Assembly: GCA_965287045.1 (NCBI GenBank)
Contig: OZ336871.1
Location: forward strand, 45,818,001-45,882,000
Direction of reading: 5' to 3'
DNA length: 64,000 nt
Origin: Carcharhinus amblyrhynchos
Lineage: Eukaryota
The stretch's first letter is position 1; every line of letters begins with the position of its first letter. Positions 51,986 to 62,560 of the stretch are shown piece after piece. The notes beneath the pieces were generated by a model. It was not told the origin of the DNA. It did not search any database and worked only from the letters and a program-made list of their open reading frames with translations. The translations under genes and the position numbers were made by a program.

Positions 51986-52513
51986 GGATGGCACGGTGGC
52001 ACAGTGGTTAGCACTGCTGCTTCACAGCACCAAGGACCTGGGTTTGATTCCCGATTTGTGTCACTTTCTGTGTGGAGTTTGTAAGTTCTCCCTGTGTGAG
52101 TTTCCTCCGGGTGCTCCGGTTTCCTCCCACAGTCTGAAAGCCATATTGGTTAGGTGCATTGACCCGACCAAGCTCCGGAGTGTGGCAACTAAGGGAATTT
52201 CACAGTAACTTAATTGTAAAGTACATTTGTGATTGGTTATGCAAAGCTCATTTTACTGTAATGTGTTTCCATTTCAAGTGGCAGTAGCCCAGGACTACAT
52301 GAAATTTAACATTTTTTATATGTCAGACCAAAATTTAAATGTTAGTACATATCAACCATGTTGCAATGTATCACAGCTGAGCCAACAATTTACATAACCA
52401 ATGAATGTGCACTTTGCAGTATGAGTCATTGAATAAGAGTGGAAACCTGGCACATTTGTTTCTCCTGCTTTGCCCAGAGAAGTAAGCCTTACTTGTGATT
52501 AATAAATAAACTT
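51986..52513 (+). mobile_element. Alternative-tail V-SINE with a ~265-nt insertion in its tail
   Basis: SINE runs to cacagtaact (52210) and resumes gtaagccttacttgtgattaataaataaac at 52482. Confidence 0.85.
52220..52483 (+). repeat. Composite local duplication of 51662-51697 and 50745-50977
   Basis: Both donor segments align directly by eye. Confidence 0.9.
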
Positions 52514-52723
52514 TAAAGATAAACTTTAACTTCTAATTCTTCTGTAACAAACTAACTTTTTAAAAACTGATGTATATTTCCATGCCAAGTTTGCATCCAA
52601 CCCTGCAAAATAACGTATGTTAAAAAGGTTGTGGATTATATCTATTTCTTAAATAATATATGGATTTTCTTTCTACATTACTCTAACCCACACGGAGATC
52701 TTACCTCATATTAATCACCCTTT

Positions 52724-52849
52724 GGCTCTGATTTTACTGGCACAGCCACCAGAGGCTCTTAAGATTACGCCCGAGGCCAATGGAGAATGCCTTTCTGCGA
52801 GCCTCGCCCGCCCCTGTTTTGGGGCGGCTGTGCGGGTAAAATCAGGGCC
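52724..52849. mobile_element. 126-bp Harbinger-type MITE, TSD TTT
   Basis: TIR ggctctgattttac / gtaaaatcagggcc (13/14); TTT on both sides. Confidence 0.8.
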
Positions 52850-52914
52850 TTTGTGTGACAAACTTCCTGACGATGTTAAACTTGGCTTTCATTAATTGAG
52901 CCCAAATTTCCTTG

Positions 52915-53140
52915 TCCTACTGCAAGTTCTCCTCCAAGCCACATGCCACCCTGGCTGGAGCTATACCACTGGTCCTTTCACTGCTGCTGTGTTAAAATCC
53001 TGGAGCTCCCTTTCAAACAGCTCTGAGAGTATCTATACCACATGGACAGCAGTCGTTTAAGAAAGCAACTCACCAGCCTCTCAAGGGCAATAAATGTTGG
53101 CCCAGCCAATGATGCCTACATCCCCATGGAAGAATTAATA
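52915..53140 (+). mobile_element. CR1 family B 3' tail
   Basis: tcaagggcaataaatgttggcccagccaatgatgcctacatccc. Confidence 0.75.
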
Positions 53141-53885
53141 AAACTGAAATACTTTTGTCGTGAAGTGGTTTACCTGAAACATCTTTTATATACCTTTAAA
53201 TTCTAACAGGAAAGTTTACATATGCTTTGTAGAGATATAAATGCAAAAATTATTTTAGCCTGAATTGTGTTTCTGAAACTGCACAACAATGGAAACAATA
53301 GAGATTCCAACATTGATTCTTCAGGCTTTCCACATAATACTTTCCCCACTGGACTGTTTGACTTCTGTGGCCTCAGCTGTGGGAGGATGATGTCGGATTT
53401 GTGTGAGACCAGGGCTGGAGGGGGACTGATAGTGAGGCCAGGTGATGCCAGGGAGGCTGAATGTGGTGAAGGCTGAGAAGCGGGCCTTGGGTTTGTACTC
53501 TGACAGTCACTTCATTCCATTCAAACTGGATAGGGAGGGCAGTGGTAATAAAAATATGTTGTAATGGTTGTCTCTGTCTTGCAACTCTCAACTGTCTGGG
53601 GGCTATTGTCTGTATTTCAATGTTTCACAAAGTTTGGCTGCTTCTGATTGAGACTAAATATCCTTCTACTATGAATATTGATTTGCTTTGAATCATTTTA
53701 GTTTGTTTACAACCTAAATTTTATTAATATTGATGTCATTAATCATAAAAGGGTTACCATCAATTATGAGGAGCATATTCTTCAATGAGGGGAGGGGGAT
53801 CATAAGTATAAATGTTTTCTCTTATTGCTATCACTTAATTTGCTACCATAAAGATTGTCTGTTTTCTTCTTATTCTGTTCTACAG

Positions 53886-54006
53886 CTGAATCTGTGAAAA
53901 GGCAATTCTATTTCCAACTGTGAAAGCAGCCACTTGGAGGTCCATCTAACTCCTTTTGTGCATCTCCCTCTGGATACGCTTCAACACTGGCTATGGCTCT
54001 GGCAAA
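53886..54006 (+). pseudogene. Pseudo-exon (A)ESVKRQFYFQL*KQPLGGPSNSFCASPSGYASTLAM
   Basis: Strong acceptor ttttcttcttattctgttctacag and GTGAGC donor; GYASTL resembles recalled RNF213 GYASLL. Confidence 0.4.
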
Positions 54007-55159
54007 GTGAGCCTCTGTTTGTATGTGCTTCAACATGCATTCAGGTACACTGGTGAAAATATTGCAATTTAAAAACAGCTAATTGTACAGTTTTAGTGCT
54101 TACTAACATCAAAACTATAGAGAATTTATCCCAGATAATGTAAGTTTCTCAATGTGGTCTCACACTACTTGCCAAGGTTCAAAGTGTCCTCGGGTAGGCA
54201 ACCTAAACTTGAATTATGCTGTGTTTTTTGAGTCAATGATGCATGTTTCACATGTATAGTTCCTCAGTAACTGTCCATTTTATGATAATTGAGCATAGTT
54301 AATCTAGATCATAGCTGCAACTGATCAATTTGCACATTGTACTGCCCTTTGATGAAATTTTCTGTAAAAGAAGCAAAGTGTTCCATTAGCTATCAGTAAC
54401 ATTGCTCTTTTAACATTTGAATTCTATCACTAAATGAAGTAAAATTAAAATGCTGATGCCACTTTGATTTTATGTGGAAGTGAACAGTGGATCATTGCCC
54501 ACTAGTATTTATCCTTATTGTCTGGGAAGGTTTAACCGATTGTTTTATTACTACACAGGTAATATAACGATTGAGAGAAACAGTTCAATAAATGGAAGTA
54601 AAGCAGGGGTTAAAAAGGAAAATTGAGACAATCGAAAATGAAAACAACAAAAGGTGATTAAAAAAAAGTGGGGGTGGGCCGATGTGTAAAATGGAAAGAG
54701 AAATGTTAGTGATGGTGAATGGAACACTTTGCTTTCTCTTTGTACCAAGTGTCAATACTTAGCACTTTCAGGTCAGGTGTAGCGTGGTCTCGACACAGAA
54801 TGGGGCATCCATGCCACCAGGGAAATCACATGTGCACAGAAAGAGGAAAAAAAGAACCAATAGAGCTGCACTATTTTCATATAGCTGGGTCCAAAGCATC
54901 ATTGGTGAAGTTCTATAGCAGGTAATTTTCCCAGCCTCTCTGCTGAAGAATAAGGTATGGCATGAAGACCACTAGGAAAAGGAAAAGGAAGAAAAGTACA
55001 TTGATGAATGAATATCAAATCATATTGCAATGGTGTAAAAGCTACTGTAAAATCAATCGAATAATTGAGATGTGCATCTCCGGGTTTCTAAGCTCATCCA
55101 AGATGAGTTGAGATGAATAACTAAGATGCAAATTTTGAGGATATAACAGAGCTTCAATA

Positions 55160-55500
55160 GCATAAAAGATAAGGGAATAAGGAAGAAGGAATGGCAATAG
55201 AAAGGAAATTTAAAACATCAAGCAACGAGAGAAGGGAGAAACAATTCAATAGATGCAATAACACAGATGTTGAAAGGTGCCAAGAAAATAAAAAAGGAAT
55301 GAAGGATGGGAAACAAAAAGAGAACAAAGATGGAAAGATGAAAATAGCGGATGGATGCATCAAATGAAATAAAGAGATGTAGAGTAAATGGATAAAAATG
55401 AAAATGGAAAGCAAAATAAAGAGGAAACAGAAGAAAATGTGAAGATTGTTTCATTTATAGAGAGGAAAGAAACATGGAAGAAAGGGACAGAAAATAAAAC
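55160..55500 (+). repeat. Purine-rich (A/G) low-complexity tract
   Basis: Strong A/G strand bias; produces spurious Phe/Leu-rich ORFs on the minus strand. Confidence 0.7.
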
Positions 55501-56119
55501 TGTAAAATTAACTGTCATAGGCCCTGGTTCAATTTTTGTCTATTTTCTTCCATCTATGTCAGAAACAATTACAGTTGTCTCTTGTTATAATGCTTTGCAA
55601 TGTAGGCTCTGATTACAATGTATATTTGCTGCAATGACCATATCACTAGGGAATCCATACAAAATATATGTTTGCATGATTGTTGTATAGCCTCTAGAGA
55701 CAATCTCAGAATGGATTTGTTATATTTAGCAATACACTTTATATACGTGTGAAATCAAATAGGGCATGGTATGTTACTAGTAAAATGGCATTCACTTACT
55801 AAGTGGTGGAATTCTGGTAAAACTCCAAGATCATCACTCTCAGCCAAATGTAACAACATACAAATGATAATCAATCACCATAATAAATAACATCTGTACA
55901 CAAGCTTGGCTTTACCACCAAGTGCTGTAGTCAACAGACAGAATCTTAACTCTGCCACAAGAAGACAAAGACCCCTTTTAAATAGATATTATAAATTTAA
56001 AGTGACAGTGAATAAAGATTTAATTTACATCTAATCATATCACATAAAATAGAGGATGAATTTGTTCTCCTGAGAGATCCTGTTTCACATTTGTGTGAGC
56101 TTTCATAATCATTTTAGAC

Positions 56120-59100
56120 TCTTAGAGAGATCTTGCATTTATACTGAAATATGTCAGATCTTTGCCTTGCTGATACAATTTTATTATTTCTCTGAGGGTC
56201 AGTTTCTGAGCATTTCAACTTATATGCACATTGAGACATTGCTGTGAAAAACCCGGTCACTGTTCAATTAAATGGAACAAGGCTAAACATTGTGAGATTT
56301 CATGTTAATGCTGAACTTGCGACTTTGTTATATCAATCACTACAAAGTATCAATAAAGAAATGAAACCAGACGGACCACCTGGCATCAACCTAGGCACCG
56401 GAAAAAACAACGGCAAAACAAAAAGCCCTGTCAAACCTACAAAGTCCTCCTTATTGACGTCTGGGGGTTCGTGCTAACTTTGGGAGAGCTGCCTCAGAGA
56501 CTAGTCAAGCAACAGCCTGACATTGTCATCCTCATGGAATCATATCTGACAGATAACACCCCAGACACCATCATTACCATCCTTGGATATGTCCTGTCCC
56601 ACTAGCAGGGCAGACCAGAGAGGTGGTGGCACAGTGGTATATGGTCAGGAGGGAGTTGCCCTGGGAATCCTTAGCATCAACTCAGGACCCCATGAAGTCT
56701 CATGGCTTCAGGTTAAACATGAAACCTCTTACTGGTTACCATGTACCGTCCTCCTTTGGCTGATGAATCAGTACTCCTCCATATTGAACAACACTTGGAG
56801 GAAGCACTGAGTATAGCAAGGGCACAAAACGTACTCTGGGTGGGGGATTTCAATGTCCACCACCAAGAGTGGTTCAGTAGCAGCACTACTGATCCTAAAG
56901 AAGAAACTGCTAGACTGGGTCTGCAGCAGATGATGAAGGAACCAACCAGAGGAAATAACATTCTTGACCTCATCCTTACCAATCTGCCAGCTGCAGGTGC
57001 ATCTGTCCATGACAGTATCGGTAAGAGTGACCACTGCACAGTCCTTGTGGAGACAAAGCCCACCTTCACATTGAGAATAATCTCCATCTTGTGTGGCACT
57101 CTCAATAGAACAGACTTTGAACCAATTTAGCAACTCAAACCTGGGCATCCATGAGACGCTGTGGGTCATGAACAGCAGTGGCGCTGTACTCCAGCTCAAT
57201 CTGTAAACTCATGACCCAGCATATCCCCCACTCCCTGGTTCAATGGAGAGTGCAGGAGAACAAGCCAGGAGCAGCACAAGGCATACTAAATGAGGTGTCA
57301 ACCTGGTGAAGCTATGAAGCAGGACTATTTGCATGCCAAACGGCATAAGCAGCAAGTAATAAACAGAACTAAGTGATTCCACGACCAACGGATCAGATCT
57401 AAGCTCTGCAGCCTTGCCACACACATCCAGTCGTGAATGGTGATTAACAATTAAACAACTCACTGGAGGAGGAGGCACCACAAATATCCCCAATGTCAAT
57501 GACGGAGCAGCCCAGCACATCAGTGCAAAAGATAAGGCTGAAGCATTAGCAGCAATCTTCAGCCGGAAGTGCCGAGTGGATGATCCATCTCGGCTTCCTC
57601 CAGTGGTCTCCAGCATCTCAGATGCCTGTCTCCAGCCAATTCGATTCACTCCAAGTGATACCAAGAAACGGTTGGGGGGGCACTGCAAAGGCAGTGGGCC
57701 CTGATAACATTCTGGCAGTAGTACTGAAAACATGCTCCAGAACTTGCCACTCCCCTAGTCGAGCTCTTGGAGTGCAGTTACAACACTGCCATCTACCCAA
57801 CAATGTGGAAAATTGCCCAGGGATGTCGTGTACACAAAAAGCAGACAAATCCAATGCAGCCAATTACTGCCCAATCAGTCTACTCTTGATCATCAGTAAA
57901 GTGATGGAAGGGAGCCATTAACAATGCTGTCAAGCAGTACCTGCTCAGCAATAATGTGCTCAGTGCCGCCCTGTTTGTGTTTTGCCACGGTCACTTAGCT
58001 CCTGACCTCATTACAGCCTTCATTCAAACATGGACAAAAGAGCTGATTCCAGAGCTCAGGTGAGAGTGACAGCCCTTGACATCAAGTCTGCATTTGACTG
58101 AATGTGGCATTAAGGAGCCCTAGCAAAGCTGGAATCAATGGGTATCTGGGGGCAAACACTCCATTGATTGGGCTCATACCTGGTATATAGGAAGACGGTT
58201 ATGGTTGTGGAGGGTCAGTTATCTCAACTCCAGGACATCTCTGCAGGAGTCCCTTATGGTAATGTCTTGAGCCCAACCATCTCCAGCTGCTTCATCAATG
58301 ACCTTCCCTGCGTCATAAGGTCAGAAATGGGGATGTTTGCCGATGTTTGCATAATGTTCAGCACCAGTTAGGACTCCTCAGATATTGAAGATATTGAACA
58401 TTCATGTTCAAATGCAACAAGATCTGGGCAATATCCAGGCTTGGGCTGACAAGTGGCAAGTAACATCTGCGCCACACAAATGACCATCACCAATAAGAGG
58501 CACTCTAACCACTGCCCCTTGACATTCAATGGTGTGATCATCACTGAATCCCCCACTATCAACATCCTTGGGGTTACCATTGACCAGAAACTCAACTGGA
58601 CTCACCACATAAACACAGTGGCCAAAAGAGCAGGTCAAAGGCTAGGAATACTGCAGCATGTAACTCACCTCCTGTCTCCCCAAAGCCTATCCACCATCTA
58701 CAAGGCACAAGTCAGGCGTGAGATGGAATAGTCCCTACTTGTCTGGATGGGTGCAGCTCCAACAACAGTCAAAAAGCTTGACACCATCCAGGACAAAGCA
58801 GCCTGCTTGGTTGGCACTACATTCACAAACATCCACTCTCTCCACCACCGATGCTCAGTAGCAGCAGTGTGTACAATCTACAAGATGCACTGCAGCAATT
58901 CACCAAAGATCTTTAGACAGTACCTTCCAAATCCATGACTACTTTCATCTAGAAAGACAAAGGCAGCAGATACATGGGAACACCACCACCTGCAAGTTCC
59001 CCTCTAAACTACTCACCATCCTGATTTGGAACTATATTGCCATTCCTTCGCAGTCACTGGGTCAAAATCCTGAAATTCCCTCCCAAACGACATTGTGAGT

Positions 59101-59370
59101 CAACCAACAGAACCTGGTCTGCAGCGATTCAAGAAGGCAGCCCACCACCAACTTCTTGAGGGCACTAGGGATGGGCAATAAATGCTTCCAAACTAGGACT
59201 GATCAAATCATTTGTGTCTGCCGCCAATGGGACAAATAATGAATAATGAAACATTCACAATATTATCCTTTAAAGATTACTGGCATGAAAATAGAAAGGC
59301 TCAATTGCGCAGTTGTAGACTATTTTAATGTTGGGAATAAGATACCTTGAGCAAAGTTCTCCACTTAATG
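56120..59370 (+). pseudogene. Pseudo-exon split by a CR1 insertion (56120-56367 + 59253-59370)
   Basis: Removing the LINE and one AATGAAAC copy restores ..LATLLYQSLQSINKEMKH..; an adjacent frame gives KDYWHE and EQ-VLHL-like residues. Confidence 0.4.
56368..59244 (+). mobile_element. Near-full ORF2 CR1-clade family B LINE (APE endonuclease + RT), frameshifted; TSD AATGAAAC
   Basis: YRPP..VGDFNVHH..PTRGNNILDLILTN..SDH; NYCPISLL; ALDIKSAFD; VPYGNVLSP; MFADV; TSD at 56360-56367 and 59245-59252. Confidence 0.92.
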
Positions 59371-59647
59371 GTCAATACTGTTTTCTATAGAAGGAAACTG
59401 CTCTTATTTGATTGTTTACTTTCCCCCTCCTGATATTAGCCATTAATTTTATCTTCATAAATAAATGTTCAGTGTTATACACTCTGCCAACCATTGTTGA
59501 TTCTTCTCAGTATACCTCGGCTAACTATTTTTCTAGTTTGCTTCTTTTTTCTGAATCTCATTGATAATCCAGCTGAACATATTCTTACAGGTTGATTTCA
59601 GCTGAGTAAACTGACTAATACTTTCTTTTTTTCCCACATTAATATAG

Positions 59648-60030
59648 GAACTAGAAATAAAGTAGCTTTGGAAGGGATCACTGCCAACACCAGTTGATCT
59701 CATCTCTGTCAACAGTGAATTTTTCATGTCAAAGGAAAAACTGGGTGGTGAATTGATAATTCCAGTCATATGTCACCTTTCATATGCAGCTTTTCTTTTC
59801 ACTATATCTTGACAGTAAATACATACTAAAATCAGAAATGTGGGGCTTGCACTAGTTCTGTTATACCGTGATCAGTTTTCTAATTGTTGATATATTTGAC
59901 AGTGTCATATATTCTGGTTACCATGAATAGAAAGTCAATCTCTGGCAACATTTTGCCTTCCCTGTTATTTATATAAAAATGTACTTCATTGTGCATCTAA
60001 CTCATATTCTCCTGCCTTTTAAGATGACAC
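59648..60030 (+). pseudogene. Pseudo-exon remnants ELEIK*LWKGSLPTPVDLISVNSEFFMSKEKLGGEL / LALVLLY / KMYFIVH
   Basis: Acceptor ..cccacattaatatag at 59647; motifs resemble the recalled RNF213 segment leading into the first AAA+ module. Confidence 0.35.
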
Positions 60031-60159
60031 CAGAAGTACAAATTCATTATAGTGTTCATTACAACAGTGGCAATGCTTCACAAAGAGACTTAACTGGCTG
60101 CTAACTGTTTTGGACATTCCTGAGTTTGTGAAAGGTAATACAGGTAACTTTTTAATTTT

Positions 60160-60452
60160 AATTTATTTATTAGTGTCACAAGTAGGCTTACATTGACACT
60201 GCAATGAAGATACTGTGAAAGTCACCTAACTGCCACACTCTGGCACCTATTCAGGTACACTGAGAGAGAATTTAGCATGGTTAGTGCACCTAACCACCAC
60301 ATCTTTGGAATTATGGGAGGAAAATGGAACACCCAGAGGAGACCCATGCAAGCATAGAGAAAATGTGCAGATTCTACCCAATGACCTAAGCCTGGATTTG
60401 AATCTGGGTCATTGGCACTGTGAGGCAGCAGTGCTAACCACTGTGCCACCAT
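60160..60452 (-). mobile_element. Alternative-tail V-SINE
   Basis: tttatttattagtgtcacaagtaggc tail to gtgctaaccactgtgccacc head. Confidence 0.88.
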
Positions 60453-60607
60453 GCATTTCAGCTGAGTATGCCGGCTAATACTTCCTTTTTTCCCACTGTG
60501 CAAAATGGCTTGGCTTCTAAGCCAATGCTGTGGTTATGGAGTAAATGCAGCTTGAGGCCACTATCAGTGTGTGACATAGTGCCAGAGTCAAGCTAAGTGA
60601 GGCACAC

Positions 60608-60720
60608 TGATGTGCTCCAATTTCCTCCACAGTCCAAAAGACATGCTGGTTAGGTGCATTGGTCGTGCTAAGTCCTCCCTCAATGTACATGAACAGGTGC
60701 CAGAGTGTAGTGACTTGGGG
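60608..60720 (+). mobile_element. V-SINE internal fragment
   Basis: gtgctccaatttcctccacagtccaaaagacatgctggttagg. Confidence 0.7.
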
Positions 60721-60875
60721 ATCCTTCCACTTTGCCTGGGAGTCAGTAATTCCAACTTTGTACTAATGCTGAACTTAAGGAGAAATAACATATCCTAAAA
60801 TCATTAAGATGGCAACTGAAAGATTCAGTGTGCAGATAGATTAATGATTGCATTTTTCCTGTTTCAAAGTGCGTC

Positions 60876-61888
60876 TGTGAGATTATGGTGATTGTCCCTA
60901 GCAGAAGAGAATTACCTGGTTTGAGGGACCAATTAAAACGAGAGTGGGTAATCATCCCAGGGAGTGCAGTTCTCTCTTCGGCAGAAGACAATCTGCACAC
61001 ATTGAAGAAATACAGTGAATGAGGCAGCCAATGAGCTACTCCAGGGCAGCCAGGGAGCTGCCAGCCCCTATACAATGTTTCCTTGTTGATAAATACCCTT
61101 TACATTCCTGACAAAGCCTGTAGTGTGCATCATTATATTGGTGACACAAATGGGATGTATTATGGAGACATTGCTAAATTGGTCACACAAATGGAAAAGC
61201 AGCAAACCTGTACGGAATAGCTCAATGTAAGATTATATTTGGAACTGTGCATACTTAAAAGTTACTAGTGAAAGTGTTTATGTTTGGACACACAAGCCTC
61301 AAAATCTCATCAATGAGGCATCAAGAAATGTTCATGAACCTATAAGCAGTGAAATACCTGATTGACCTGTTATAGACATAACTCATGTCCTTGTGGAAGC
61401 AAATTGTAATGAACTAATTATGCCAGAAGAGATGCCCATTACTTGCAGTTTCTGTTAATGTTAATCCTGTGGAAGCATCTCAGACTGCAGAGTTACAAGA
61501 AACAGTAAAAACCCTCTGTCTCAATTTATAATTGTCCAACTTGTTTAATGAGAATTTAGGAACATGTAACTTAGTTATTAAAGATTGTATGAAGGAGTGA
61601 AAGGGGGAGGTATGTGGTGATTGTGGTGAACACAGCAGGAGAGGGTCACCTGCCTCGAGGGACCAATTAGGACAAGAGTGAGATATCAGCCCAGGGGGTG
61701 GAGTTCTCTCTTAGGCAGAAGAAAGTCTGAAGACAGTCTGAAGGCATGTCATAAACATGTAGGGACTGGGGCAGCCAGTGGGTTGCTTCAGGGCAGCTAG
61801 GGGGGGTGTTATCAGCTTTTGTACAGTTTTCCCTTGTAAATAAATATGCTTTGTGTTCCTGAAAAAGTTTGTAGCGTGCATCATTAAA
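60876..61888 (+). mobile_element. TRIM-like non-autonomous LTR element (LTRs ~60876-61137 and 61613-61888)
   Basis: Diverged direct repeats; PBS tggtgacacaaatgggat at 61139; PPT aagggggagg at 61601; AATAAA in the 3' LTR. Confidence 0.75.
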
Positions 61889-62464
61889 GAGCCTGTCGGT
61901 TTCTGGCTATCCTCAATCAGTTGCTGTGAGATGCCTGATAGAAGTTCAGCTTCCACCAAATAGCACAGTTACACTGCAGATTCGGTGATTAAATTTGTTT
62001 CCTACTACTCTGAGGCACTCTGCTATGTTTTACTCCACTGCAAAATTACAGTACGAGATAGAGTTTATTTATTTATATTTTAATAAATGCAAAACAAAGA
62101 GTGTATTAATTGCTAAATTAAGGATCATGTGCTGATGTTATTCTGCATTCCCTGTATAATATTACAAAAGTGATACATTTATGTTTTCAGTAAACAGATA
62201 AATGCAGAATATCACCAAGCATGGATTCTCCTACTATATTCTTAGCTTAGGAAGACAGGTACGCCCACCATTCATTTGTATTAATCAATGAAATAGAATT
62301 TTCAAGTGTTTGCAGACTACAAGGCTATATATTTTATAGAATATTTGTACTTCAGATTTAGAGTTTTATAATACTGCAATATAAATTACCTTTCTATCAG
62401 AAAACTACCATGCACAATGTGAAATTGGTGAAGGATAATGTTTCTTGTCTCATCTGTTTTACAG

Positions 62465-62560
62465 TTTGACAGTGTGGATGTCGCACATAATGATGCTGTA
62501 TTATAATAAACTAATTCTTTCTAAATAAACTTGCTGCTAAATGGGAAAATTGCCAAAGAA
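62465..62560 (+). pseudogene. Pseudo-exon remnant FDSVDVAHNDAVL**TNSF*INLLLNGKI
   Basis: Strong acceptor tttcttgtctcatctgttttacag; resembles the recalled RNF213 AAA-region pattern H(I/L)D(I/V)..FLF(N/K)LLIL. Confidence 0.35.

Larger units (their letters stand above)
10003..62560 (+). pseudogene. Putative heavily decayed multi-exon RNF213-like pseudogene (overall span; exon remnants listed separately)
   Basis: Collinear + strand islands translate to VTFHAVI..GG (10054-), YK..Y..Y..Q.KKGE (10585-10660), FFEAF/EPLIY (11410/13045), LLAMLNGIF (25400), GYASTL (53972), KEMKH..DYWHE (56355/59253), LWKGSL..SKEKLG (59665), VDVAH..F*INLLLNG (62474). These match the order of RNF213 motifs as I recall them. 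No search was run. Confidence 0.5.

Noticed and set aside
55154-55454. Hydrophobic membrane-like ORFs on the minus strand (also 12235..12447 on +)
   Set aside because: Translations of purine/pyrimidine-biased tracts.
59533-59769. 78-aa minus-strand ORF as an exon of an antisense gene
   Set aside because: No recognisable homology or minus-strand splice chain; it lies opposite a + strand pseudo-exon candidate.
5005-60452. tRNA genes suggested by A/B-box motifs (tggcacagtggttagcact, gggttcaattc)
   Set aside because: They are SINE heads continuing into a V-domain and LINE-like tail; no intact cloverleaf.
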